Below are positions 49,685-58,676 of a stretch of 64,000 nt of DNA, in pieces; positions within the stretch are counted from its first letter, which is position 1, and each line of letters starts with the position of its first letter. The DNA comes from an uncultured Chlamydiales bacterium (GTDB lineage: Bacteria > Chlamydiota > Chlamydiia > Chlamydiales > Rhabdochlamydiaceae). A program made the translations under genes and the position numbers. The notes beneath the pieces were generated by a model. It was not told where the DNA came from and made no database searches. It was given only the letters and a program-made list of their open reading frames with translations. The stretch spans positions 960,001 through 1,024,000 of the forward strand of contig OY969554.1 in NCBI GenBank assembly GCA_963700985.1. The letters are read 5' to 3'.

Positions 49685-52600
49685 ATGCTTACATTTCAAC
49701 AACTTATCGCACGGCTGAACGAGTTTTGGGAAAAGAAGGGCTGCGCCATCCACCAAGGTCATGACCTTGAAGTGGGTGCCGGAACCTTCAACCCCGTGAC
49801 ATTTTTACGTTGCCTCGGCCCAGAACCTTATAGCACAGCTTATGTTGAGCCTTCGCGCCGTCCGCAAGATGCGCGCTATGGAGAAAACCCAAACCGCGTG
49901 CAGCTCTTTCACCAGTATCAAGTGGTGTTAAAACCATCGCCTCCAGAGGTGCAGCGCTGGTATCTCGAATCTCTGGAAGCAATTGGTCTGGATCTCAAAA
50001 AGCATGATATTCGCTTTGTGCATAGCGATTGGGAATCGCCTACTTTGGGCGCTTGGGGTCTCGGTTGGGAAGTCTGGTGTGACGGGATGGAAATCTCGCA
50101 ATTCACCTATTTTCAAGCTATCGCGAGCCTGCCACTCAACCCTGTTTCAGCCGAGATCACTTACGGACTGGAAAGGCTAGCGATGTATGTGCAAAATGTC
50201 AGCAGCATCTTCGACTTGAAATGGAACGACACATTGACTTTCCGCGATATTTCGCACCAAAACGAGATCGAGTGGAGCACGTATAATTTCACTGAAGCTA
50301 CCACTGAGATGTGGCTGACCCATTTCAACGATTACGAGCGCGAAGCCAAAATGCTCATCGCGCGCAACCTTCCGATCCCTGCTTACGACTTTGTTATCAA
50401 AGCATCCCATGCCTTTAACATCCTCGATGCGCGCGGTGTGATCTCCTCCACCGAACGCAACGGCTATATCGGCCGCATCCGCGATCTTTCTCGTCTTGTG
50501 GGCTTAGAATATATCGCATCGCGTGAAAAGCTAGGATTTCCTCTGCTTAAAAAAGCAAAAGCGGCTCGTCCAAAAACTGCTATCCTACCCAAAGCTCCGA
50601 AAGCCTTTAATCCGCAAAAGCGCCAAGATTTTCTGCTTGAAATCGGCTCTGAAGAGCTTCCCGACAGCTTTGTGCCAATCGGTTGCAAAAACCTTGAAAA
50701 AGGAATCGAACGCCTACTCACCGATCATGCGCTCTCATTCGAAACACTTAAAGTGTTTGGCACACCTAGACGCTTAGCAATTCTAGTTAAAGGTCTGGTG
50801 GAGGGCACTGAAGATAAGAAGATCGAAAAACGCGGCCCACCTATTTCAACTGCATTTGATGCACAGGGTAAACTCACAGCTCAAGGCGAAGGTTTTTTTA
50901 AAGCAGCGCAGCTACCTGCTTGCACGCTTGCCGATATCCAAAAAGGCAAAATTAAGAATCTTGAATTGCGCCAGATCAAAGAACATGATTATCTTTTCGC
51001 ATCTATCGCTGAAAAGGGTCAATCTACCATGCAAATTTTAGCAGATGAACTACCCAAGTTAATCAGCGCGCTCGATTTTCCGAAAAAGATGCGCTGGGGA
51101 AGTTTGGATTTTAGCTATGCACGCCCATTGCTCTGGATAGTAGCGCTTTTTGGCAAGCACGTTATCCCCTTCCAAGTGGCAAAGATCCTCACAAACCGCT
51201 TCAGCTTTGGCCATGCGCAGCTAAAACCGCAAAAGCTAACCTTGAAAGAACCTAAAGCATACGTCTCTACTCTGAAAAAAGCCTATGTAATGGCAGATAT
51301 TGATGAGCGCAGAGAGAGTATCCTCAAACAGCTAAAAGCCATTGAGAAAAAGGTCAAAGGTGAAGCGCTGATGCAAAGCCGCGTGCTCTCCGAAGTGCTA
51401 CATCTCACCGAGTGGCCACGCCTGACTTCAGCAACTTTCTCCCCTAATTTCTTGCGCGCCCCGCAAGAGGTGCTAATTTTAGAGATGGTGCACCATCAGA
51501 AATACTTCCCACTCGCTGATCTCAAAGGAAAGCTAAAGAATCAGTTTGTGATCACAGCCGACACTACACCTACGGAGCTCATCCGCAAAGGGAATCAGAA
51601 AGTTTTATCCGCACGTCTTACTGATGGGGTTTTCCTCTACGAGCAAGATCTCCAGCAACCGCTTGAAAAATTCAATGAGAAGCTCAAATTAATGACCTTC
51701 CAAAAAGAGTTAGGCTCAATGCTGGATAAGGTCATGCGTCTTACAAAGCACGTCGTAACACTTAACCGCGCACTTTCGATTGCTGACGAAAAAAAGGTGC
51801 TGCGCGCAGCTTTTTTGAGCAAAGCTGATCTCTCCTCTGCTCTCGTTGGAGAATTCCCAGAACTGCAAGGCACTGCCGGACGCTATTATGCACTCGCGCA
51901 GAAAGAAGAGCGCGAGGTAGCTGAAGCCATCGCCGAACAGTGGATGCCACGCTCTGAAGATACTCCTCTTCCAAGCTCACCTAGCGGAATCATTTTAAGT
52001 TTGGCAGACAAGTTTGACAATCTTCTCGGTTATTTTAGTGTCGGCTTAAAGCCCACCTCTTCAAGCGATCCTTTTGCACTCAGACGCCAGACGTTTGCAC
52101 TAATCAAGATCATGATCGAAGAAGAGAAGAGCGTAAACTTGGAAAAACTTTTAGAAGCATGCGCACTTGAATTTGCACCGCTGAAAAATGATCCCAAGAT
52201 GCGTTTAAAAGTGATCGAAGAGATTTTACATTTCATCACTAGTCGCGCTAAAACCGTGTTTGAAGATTATGATTTTAATAAAGATGAGATTGAAGCTGCT
52301 CTGCGCGGTATTTGCCTCGATCCATTCGATCAATTCCGAAAAATCAAAGCACTCCATGCTTTCCGCAAAAATGCCGTTTTCCCCAAGCTTTTAGAAGTAT
52401 ATAAGCGCGCTAAGGGTCAATTAGAAAAGCCTGCGGAAGCTGTGTTTGAACCAGAGCTACTGCGCGAACCCGCTGAGAAAGCACTCTGGAGTCATGTGCA
52501 GAATATTCACCACAATTTAGAATATTCGATAAAAGAGAGAAATTACATCGGCGCCTTCGAGCATCTGGCTACATTGCAGCCCTACATTGCACGCTTGTTT

Positions 52601-52726
52601 GACACCGTAAAGATTATGGCGGACAACTTAGAGCTGCGCAATAATCGTGTTGCTCTGCTGCAAAAAGTCTTTGCTTATTTTGAAAACTTGCTCGACTTCA
52701 GCAAGATTCAAGAGATGAAAACTTGA
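49685..52726 (+). CDS. glyQS: Glycine--tRNA ligase, fused alpha/beta
   Basis: Alpha motifs ([16 protein letters not shown]) fused to beta motifs ([24 protein letters not shown]). Confidence 0.97.
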   Translation: MLTFQQLIARLNEFWEKKGCAIHQGHDLEVGAGTFNPVTFLRCLGPEPYSTAYVEPSRRPQDARYGENPNRVQLFHQYQVVLKPSPPEVQRWYLESLEAIGLDLKKHDIRFVHSDWESPTLGAWGLGWEVWCDGMEISQFTYFQAIASLPLNPVSAEITYGLERLAMYVQNVSSIFDLKWNDTLTFRDISHQNEIEWSTYNFTEATTEMWLTHFNDYEREAKMLIARNLPIPAYDFVIKASHAFNILDARGVISSTERNGYIGRIRDLSRLVGLEYIASREKLGFPLLKKAKAARPKTAILPKAPKAFNPQKRQDFLLEIGSEELPDSFVPIGCKNLEKGIERLLTDHALSFETLKVFGTPRRLAILVKGLVEGTEDKKIEKRGPPISTAFDAQGKLTAQGEGFFKAAQLPACTLADIQKGKIKNLELRQIKEHDYLFASIAEKGQSTMQILADELPKLISALDFPKKMRWGSLDFSYARPLLWIVALFGKHVIPFQVAKILTNRFSFGHAQLKPQKLTLKEPKAYVSTLKKAYVMADIDERRESILKQLKAIEKKVKGEALMQSRVLSEVLHLTEWPRLTSATFSPNFLRAPQEVLILEMVHHQKYFPLADLKGKLKNQFVITADTTPTELIRKGNQKVLSARLTDGVFLYEQDLQQPLEKFNEKLKLMTFQKELGSMLDKVMRLTKHVVTLNRALSIADEKKVLRAAFLSKADLSSALVGEFPELQGTAGRYYALAQKEEREVAEAIAEQWMPRSEDTPLPSSPSGIILSLADKFDNLLGYFSVGLKPTSSSDPFALRRQTFALIKIMIEEEKSVNLEKLLEACALEFAPLKNDPKMRLKVIEEILHFITSRAKTVFEDYDFNKDEIEAALRGICLDPFDQFRKIKALHAFRKNAVFPKLLEVYKRAKGQLEKPAEAVFEPELLREPAEKALWSHVQNIHHNLEYSIKERNYIGAFEHLATLQPYIARLFDTVKIMADNLELRNNRVALLQKVFAYFENLLDFSKIQEMKT

Positions 52727-52747
52727 AAGGCTTGAAAAGGTAAATTC

Positions 52748-53749
52748 ATGGGTCACATTCCCGTAATCGATCTCCACTGCGATCTTCTCAGCTTTTTACA
52801 AATGAAAGGCGAAAGAACGCCCTTCGATCCCCTCTCGCGCGCTTCTTTCTCACAGATGAAAGAAGGTGGTGTGCGCCTGCAGACACTAGCTATTTTTACT
52901 TACACCGAAGTTGGTTCAACCAAATCTGGGCAAGAGCAGGTAGAGATCTTCTCGCAACTTCCGCACCGCTATGATGAACACTACGCTTTTTTCACCGGGC
53001 CAGAATGTTTTGCGCAGCCAAACGATAAAGTTTATGTGACGCCGGCTTTTGAAAATGCCTCCGGCTTCTGCGAAGAAGATGAACCTTTGGAAAGAGGGCT
53101 TTCACGTCTGCAGCATCTTTATAAAAAGCTGAAACGCATTCTTTACATCAGCATGACCTGGAATAGCGAAAACCGTTTCGGTGGCGGCAACGCCTCTAAT
53201 GTGGGCTTAAAAGAAGATGGCAAGCAGCTACTGCGTTGGATGGATGGCAAAAAAATCGCCATCGATTTCAGCCACACCTCGGATGCGCTTGCTTTCGATA
53301 TTTTAACATTCATCGACCAGAATAAACTTAAGATACCAGTAATCGCTAGCCACTCTAACTTCCGTGCGATCACTGACGTGACGCGTAATTTACCAGACGA
53401 GCTCGCCCAAGAGATCATCCGCCGCCGCGGCATCATCGGCTTTAATCTCTTCAGCCCCTTTATTGGCACACAGGATCCGCACAATCTGCTCAAACATATC
53501 GAACATGGCTTGAAACTAAACGGCGAAAACGCCCTCTGCTTCGGCGCAGACTTCTTTAATGATGAGGATTTCCCTGATCTCAAAACTAAATATAAGGGCA
53601 AACTTTCCTTCTTTGAAGAGTATGGCAACGCTTCCTCTTATCCACGCATGCTTCAGCTCTTCGAGCACAAGCTCGGCCTCTCCACCCCCCTCGTGCACGC
53701 CCTCGCCTCACAAAACTCACTCAACTTCCTCAAAAACACCTGGAGTTGA
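52748..53749 (+). CDS. Membrane dipeptidase (M19) family protein
   Basis: IDLHCD, DFSH, ASHSN, FGADF. Confidence 0.9.
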   Translation: MGHIPVIDLHCDLLSFLQMKGERTPFDPLSRASFSQMKEGGVRLQTLAIFTYTEVGSTKSGQEQVEIFSQLPHRYDEHYAFFTGPECFAQPNDKVYVTPAFENASGFCEEDEPLERGLSRLQHLYKKLKRILYISMTWNSENRFGGGNASNVGLKEDGKQLLRWMDGKKIAIDFSHTSDALAFDILTFIDQNKLKIPVIASHSNFRAITDVTRNLPDELAQEIIRRRGIIGFNLFSPFIGTQDPHNLLKHIEHGLKLNGENALCFGADFFNDEDFPDLKTKYKGKLSFFEEYGNASSYPRMLQLFEHKLGLSTPLVHALASQNSLNFLKNTWS

Positions 53750-53873
53750 ACTGAGTAAAGCGAGTTTCGAAAAGTCTATTTTTGACTCCGCATATGATAG
53801 AAATGTCTGCACTTTCTTGTTTCTGCATGCATTATTATCGTTAAAACCTGTCGCCTAAAAACCGATATGAGAA

Positions 53874-55076
53874 TCACTTTTGCCAGAGCTGTTGAAATTG
53901 GTAGAGCCTTTCATAGACAAATCCTAAGTTAGCGGTGTTAGGATTAAATGGAGCTCCTTTTTGGATCAAAAGCTTTGCATTTTCATACTGCCCATGATTG
54001 ATAGCAGCTTGTAAGGGCGTCTGCCCACTACGATCGCGGTAATTCACATCAGCGCCATGTTCGATCAGCAATTTAGCAACTTCTTTATGCCCTTTAGTTA
54101 AGGCCAGTTGTAACGGGCGATGACCATTGCGAGCGTCATCATTAACCAAGGCTCCAGCTTCCAATGCTTTTTTGACCTGTTCAATGAGCTGTTTTCCTTT
54201 GCCGTCTGCAATCAAAGCGGCAAGAGAAACTGGCACGGGCTTTAGATACTCTAAGCCATCCACATAACCTAGAAAGAGAGTCTCATTCCATAAATCGAGC
54301 GCTGCTTGATCTTCAAAAGAAATAAAACGGCGCACATCATCTCTTAAAGCCTTCCAATCTCTTGATTCAACGACCTTAGCCAACTCTTGCTGTAGCCACG
54401 AAAGTGTTACTTCTTGTGGTGATTTCTTAAGACAGCTAGCTAATAGAGGTAGATTGATTGGCCACTGTTGAAAAATATACCAGGTAAAATCGTACCAATG
54501 TCGTCCCTTCTCTTTTTTCAGATCGAATAGAGCCGCAACTTTGCTTGCAAATAAACTGGATCGATCTAGCGCAGTGATAGGAAATGAATAGGGAAAGTCC
54601 ATATTTTTTGATTCAAAATGCGATCCGGAAGGAGGATGGGTATCGATCTCAAACTTAATCGACAACTTCTTATTGGGTTCAAACGAGCGTGCGTGAGTTA
54701 AGATTAACACTTTTCCAATTGAGTCATTTTTTAGAAAAGCTCGTTTCCTTTTGGCATCAGCCTTTGTTCGATCCTCAATAATCATATCGAAAGCATAAGC
54801 CTTGAATTCTTCTTGGACGACCCGAAGATATGACTCCCATGCAAAATCAGGATGGGGCTGAAGCGTCCAAAAATCCAGATCTTCTGAAAAGCGCGTGAGA
54901 CCGTAGGCCATTCGCAGACAAGAACCACCAATAAATGAAGCGTGCTTGAAAAAATCTGTTCGAGCTAAACCACAAAGAGCTATTGCCTGAGCGATTTCGC
55001 GGAGCGCATTTTCCTCTTCTTGTTTCGTCCGAGGTTTATATTGCTTTAACTTATCTTCAATGATTTTTATATCCAT
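53874..55076 (-). CDS. abiEii: AbiEii-family nucleotidyltransferase toxin fused to ankyrin repeats
   Basis: FIGGSCLR.AYGLTRFSEDLDF, IKFEIDT, K..A...KGRHWYD; C-terminal ankyrin repeats (GHRPLQLA..., GQTPLQAA...). Confidence 0.88.
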   Translation of the reverse strand: MDIKIIEDKLKQYKPRTKQEEENALREIAQAIALCGLARTDFFKHASFIGGSCLRMAYGLTRFSEDLDFWTLQPHPDFAWESYLRVVQEEFKAYAFDMIIEDRTKADAKRKRAFLKNDSIGKVLILTHARSFEPNKKLSIKFEIDTHPPSGSHFESKNMDFPYSFPITALDRSSLFASKVAALFDLKKEKGRHWYDFTWYIFQQWPINLPLLASCLKKSPQEVTLSWLQQELAKVVESRDWKALRDDVRRFISFEDQAALDLWNETLFLGYVDGLEYLKPVPVSLAALIADGKGKQLIEQVKKALEAGALVNDDARNGHRPLQLALTKGHKEVAKLLIEHGADVNYRDRSGQTPLQAAINHGQYENAKLLIQKGAPFNPNTANLGFVYERLYQFQQLWQK

Positions 55077-55681
55077 TTGTTTTCCTTAAGAATCATTCGA
55101 GCAAAGCGACGTACTCGAGGGCTGTGATAATAGCGAGCAATTTCCTCAAGCATTTCTTTATTGGCTGCTTCAACTAAGGACTCATCCAATCGCAAATCTC
55201 TTATAACTTCAGCAAAAGTCTTCCATTTTTTGCGACGAGCATACATGTAGTCTGCCAAAGCTTTCCAGGGATGCGCGATAAGACAAACACCATCTTTGGT
55301 TTCTTTGCGCTCGACAGCCATATAAAATTGATCTCCAGGAGTGTGTTCATAACTGAACATGCCGATTGAAGTTCGAACAGAAAGACTCTTTTTAGCGCTG
55401 GCACTCGTTGTCGTGTATACAGCTTCAGGAATCCATCCGTGATAAGATAGAGCAGACTCAAAGCTGATATAAGAAGGACCGTAAAGGTGTTGAGCAATTT
55501 CAAAGGTGTCGATTAGAGAAGAATTGTTTTTTTCGATTAGATATAGACCTCTTCTCAAACGAGTAAGGCGCCCATCCCCCAAGGCACGTTTTACCCAGGA
55601 ATAGCGACGGTCTTCACTACCCCCAAGCATAATTGCCAGGGCTGTATCGTGAATGTAAGGCTTGGCACATTCTAAGATCAT
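55067..55681 (-). CDS. abiEi: AbiEi-family antitoxin / transcriptional regulator
   Basis: RLRRGLY, PSYISFESALSYHGWIPE, A.P.KALADY; overlaps the toxin start. Confidence 0.88.
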   Translation of the reverse strand: MILECAKPYIHDTALAIMLGGSEDRRYSWVKRALGDGRLTRLRRGLYLIEKNNSSLIDTFEIAQHLYGPSYISFESALSYHGWIPEAVYTTTSASAKKSLSVRTSIGMFSYEHTPGDQFYMAVERKETKDGVCLIAHPWKALADYMYARRKKWKTFAEVIRDLRLDESLVEAANKEMLEEIARYYHSPRVRRFARMILKENKWI

Positions 55682-55692
55682 AATTTCTCACC

Positions 55693-55791
55693 AGAAACTG
55701 GCGTTTTGTGACAGTTTCTATCTTAAAAATAACATTTATGCCAATTTCATGCAAGAAACTGTCACAAAATGACAGTTTCTTGCATGAAATT
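55693..55791. promoter_or_regulatory. Two related inverted repeats, likely AbiEi operators
   Basis: Perfect 22-bp-arm IR at 55743-55791; related 27-bp IR at 55693-55719 (2 mismatches to the reverse-complemented core). Confidence 0.78.
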
Positions 55792-55843
55792 TAAACCAAA
55801 ACATCGCAAATTATTAATTATTAGCTGCTTAGGACTTTCAGCT

Positions 55844-56233
55844 TTAAGGTAGAAAGCGTAAGCCTTCGAAAGGGGTGATTTTTGCAGAAGAAAGATGGTG
55901 ACGGTGATGCGCAATGATGCGATAGAAGAGATCAGGCCCGATGGGCAGATAGCAGAGCACACCTAAAAACTTCCACTTGCCCCCGAGTAGCCAAAATAGG
56001 CGCATAGCGCCTCTGCCATAAACCCATACTCGCTGCTTTTCAGTTTGGTAGTTCTCGAAGAGAATCAATGTGTTTTTCTTACGTAATTCTGCATAGCGTC
56101 CAGTGAGCTGCTGCTCAGCGGTTTTGCCCGAGAGAGGTGCGAAGAGAAAAATCTCATTACGATCGATCTGCAAAAGCATTCTGACAGCTTTTTGACAGAG
56201 AGGACAAGTCTCATCAAAGAAGAGCAGGTGCAT
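55844..56233 (-). CDS. DCC1-like thiol-disulfide oxidoreductase
   Basis: FFDETCPLC (DxxCxxC); Y..IA.HR. Confidence 0.85.
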   Translation of the reverse strand: MHLLFFDETCPLCQKAVRMLLQIDRNEIFLFAPLSGKTAEQQLTGRYAELRKKNTLILFENYQTEKQRVWVYGRGAMRLFWLLGGKWKFLGVLCYLPIGPDLFYRIIAHHRHHLSSAKITPFEGLRFLP

Positions 56234-58022
56234 CTTTCACATCTTGGATTTGCGGAGGATTTTTTCTAATCTCATCGAACTGCTTGGCTAATTCCAGCAC
56301 TTCCGATTCATCGCATTTGCCGCTGTGAATCTTAACGCGGATCTCTTCGCGCTTTTGCAGCCATCTACGCGTGAGGATTTGACGGATAGTTTCGACAATC
56401 CCTTCCTTAGCGCGTTGCAGATTGATCTTCTTCTGCATGATCTCGGATAAGAAGAGCTGATCTTGGGCATTTTCTAAGCTAGCACCCAGTGCTAGAAGAT
56501 CGCGCGGTTTATTCTCAGCAAAGCATTGCATGTAGAGTGCAAAGAGCTGCTTGCAAATAGGCACACGAAAATGCGTCTCTTCGAGATTGTTACGGATGAG
56601 CTCGACTAGTGTTGGTTGACTTTCGCCGATGAAAAAGAGCCAGCGCATTAGATCTGTCTCTAAAATACGATCGGGGTCAACTTTTTGTGGAGCTGAAACA
56701 ATTTTATCAACTTCGGCCCTTGGCGTAGGCAAAAGTTCTCTTGGAGCTTGAACCATCTCTTCAGGCACGCGCGCCATTTCAGCTAAGCGGCGCAGGCTTT
56801 CATGCACCATAATCGGATGTTCCCACTGCCGGATTTGTGCAGCAATGGTGCGCACAATCTCATTTTTCTGCGCCGGTGAATCGAGATTATGTCCACGGCC
56901 GAGATATGCAAAAAGAAACTGTAAATAGTGCACGCACTTATCGAGAAGCTTCGAAAAGGATTCTTTGCCTCTCTCTCTTAAAAAAGCATCGGGATCTGTG
57001 CCCACAGGCAGAGGCACAATCGAAACCTCTATGCCTTTTTTCTGGAAGAGATTACCGATTTTAGCAGTGGCCTTGAGACCCGCCTCATCGCCATCCATGG
57101 CCAAAAGCACATGGCTTACACCTAAATGCACGAGTTCTTTGACATGATCTTCCCCGAAGGCTGTGCCCTGGCCGGCCACTGTAAAATCAAAGCCTTCATC
57201 GATGAGGCGCAGAGCATCGATCTGTCCTTCTACGATTAGCGCTTTGCGCTCTTTGGCGATGCGCTGGCGACTATAACTTAACCCAAAAAGCACTGAAGAT
57301 TTTTTAAAAAGCGGTGTTTCGGGTGTGTTAATATATTTACCACCGAAAGTCTCCTCTTTGAACTTACGTGCCGAAAACCCAATCACCATGCCGCTGGCAT
57401 CGCAAATCGGGAAGGTGATGCGATCGCCGAAAAAATCTCTTCGACGGCCCGATTCTGCTACATGCATTAAACCAGCTTGTTCGAGCAGCAGGGCATCATT
57501 ATTGTCTTCGATCAGAACCTTTTGAATGAATTCGGCATGCGGCGGCGCAAAGCCGATGCGAAATTTCTGCACAAAGTCGAGGTCGATGCCTCTCTCGTAT
57601 AAATAACGCAATGCATGATGGCCAATGGGCGTATGTAGCAGCATGAAGTGGTAGAGTTGGCAGGCGCGCTCGAGCATATTTTTAAGCGCAGGCTTATTTG
57701 GGCCTTTACCTTCTTGAGCTTCATCGCTCTTTTCTAGAACAACTTGAAAACGCTCAGCTAAGTGCTCAATGGCTTCCACAAAGCTCATTTTGAGGTAGCC
57801 CATCAGAAAGGCGATGGCATCTCCATGCGCGCCACATCCATAACAGTGATAGTGGGTATCTCCGCGCTGAATTGTAAAAGAAGGAGTCTTCTCGTCGTGA
57901 AACGGACAGCAAGCTTTATGCGCAGAGCCGCTTCGCTGCAAACGCAGATGCGACGAAACGACCTCGACAAGATCGATCCGTGCACGCAACCCATCTAAAC
58001 TCTCTTTCTTATACAGACCCAT
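56214..58022 (-). CDS. dnaG: DNA primase
   Basis: CPFHDEKTPSF..C.GC zinc finger; KYINTPET, EGQID, DGDEAG. Confidence 0.97.
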   Translation of the reverse strand: MGLYKKESLDGLRARIDLVEVVSSHLRLQRSGSAHKACCPFHDEKTPSFTIQRGDTHYHCYGCGAHGDAIAFLMGYLKMSFVEAIEHLAERFQVVLEKSDEAQEGKGPNKPALKNMLERACQLYHFMLLHTPIGHHALRYLYERGIDLDFVQKFRIGFAPPHAEFIQKVLIEDNNDALLLEQAGLMHVAESGRRRDFFGDRITFPICDASGMVIGFSARKFKEETFGGKYINTPETPLFKKSSVLFGLSYSRQRIAKERKALIVEGQIDALRLIDEGFDFTVAGQGTAFGEDHVKELVHLGVSHVLLAMDGDEAGLKATAKIGNLFQKKGIEVSIVPLPVGTDPDAFLRERGKESFSKLLDKCVHYLQFLFAYLGRGHNLDSPAQKNEIVRTIAAQIRQWEHPIMVHESLRRLAEMARVPEEMVQAPRELLPTPRAEVDKIVSAPQKVDPDRILETDLMRWLFFIGESQPTLVELIRNNLEETHFRVPICKQLFALYMQCFAENKPRDLLALGASLENAQDQLFLSEIMQKKINLQRAKEGIVETIRQILTRRWLQKREEIRVKIHSGKCDESEVLELAKQFDEIRKNPPQIQDVKDAPALL

Positions 58023-58154
58023 ACTTCCCTATAATAAGGCAAGGTTGGGTATATACCAAGATCACTCTACTTTCAACCACTTCAAAGATAATTTGACCAA
58101 AGTTTTGCAAGAAGCTCTTAATTAAAAATCGGAAAAAGTTTAAGTTGTTGGGTT

Positions 58155-58676
58155 ATGCACAATAATGTTGAACCCGCTTCATCCTCAACCAGCCCTCGTC
58201 CGGTTGCTCAATTTAGAGCCACCCAAGAGAATGCTCCTGCACCTCATTACACAGCGCATCTCGCATCTTCTGTCACGGAAAGCCAGATTCCTCCTCCGCC
58301 CGCACCAGAAGTTACAGATTCTCCTCTAACTAGTGTGCAAGAGCAGATCAAAAATGCCATGATCCCGCTTCTACTTGATATTTTTGCGCTTAAAGACGCA
58401 GCAATTCAAGCCTGCAATCCATCTACCCGCCTGCAAAAGCAGCCTGAACTTTCTGCGGAAGCAGTTAAAGAAAAACTCGTGGAACTCAAAAAAAATCTCC
58501 AAGCATCTATGTTATGGAATGAGACCTGTTTAAAACAGGTTTGCAAAGCGCTTGAAGAGGTCGATGAGTTTTCTAAAAGCTCTACAAAATCTTTTTCCGC
58601 AAGCGAAACACCCGTGGATCACAAAAACTGGCGTTCTTTTTCCGCCGACCTGGCTAAAAAACTCTTTAGATCATGA
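58155..58676 (+). CDS. Hypothetical protein
   Basis: Pro/Ser-rich N-terminus, helical C-terminus; ATGA overlap with mutS. Confidence 0.65.
   Translation: MHNNVEPASSSTSPRPVAQFRATQENAPAPHYTAHLASSVTESQIPPPPAPEVTDSPLTSVQEQIKNAMIPLLLDIFALKDAAIQACNPSTRLQKQPELSAEAVKEKLVELKKNLQASMLWNETCLKQVCKALEEVDEFSKSSTKSFSASETPVDHKNWRSFSADLAKKLFRS

Noticed and set aside
49685-52726. GlyQ-GlyS fusion as a novelty
   Set aside because: Known feature of chlamydiae
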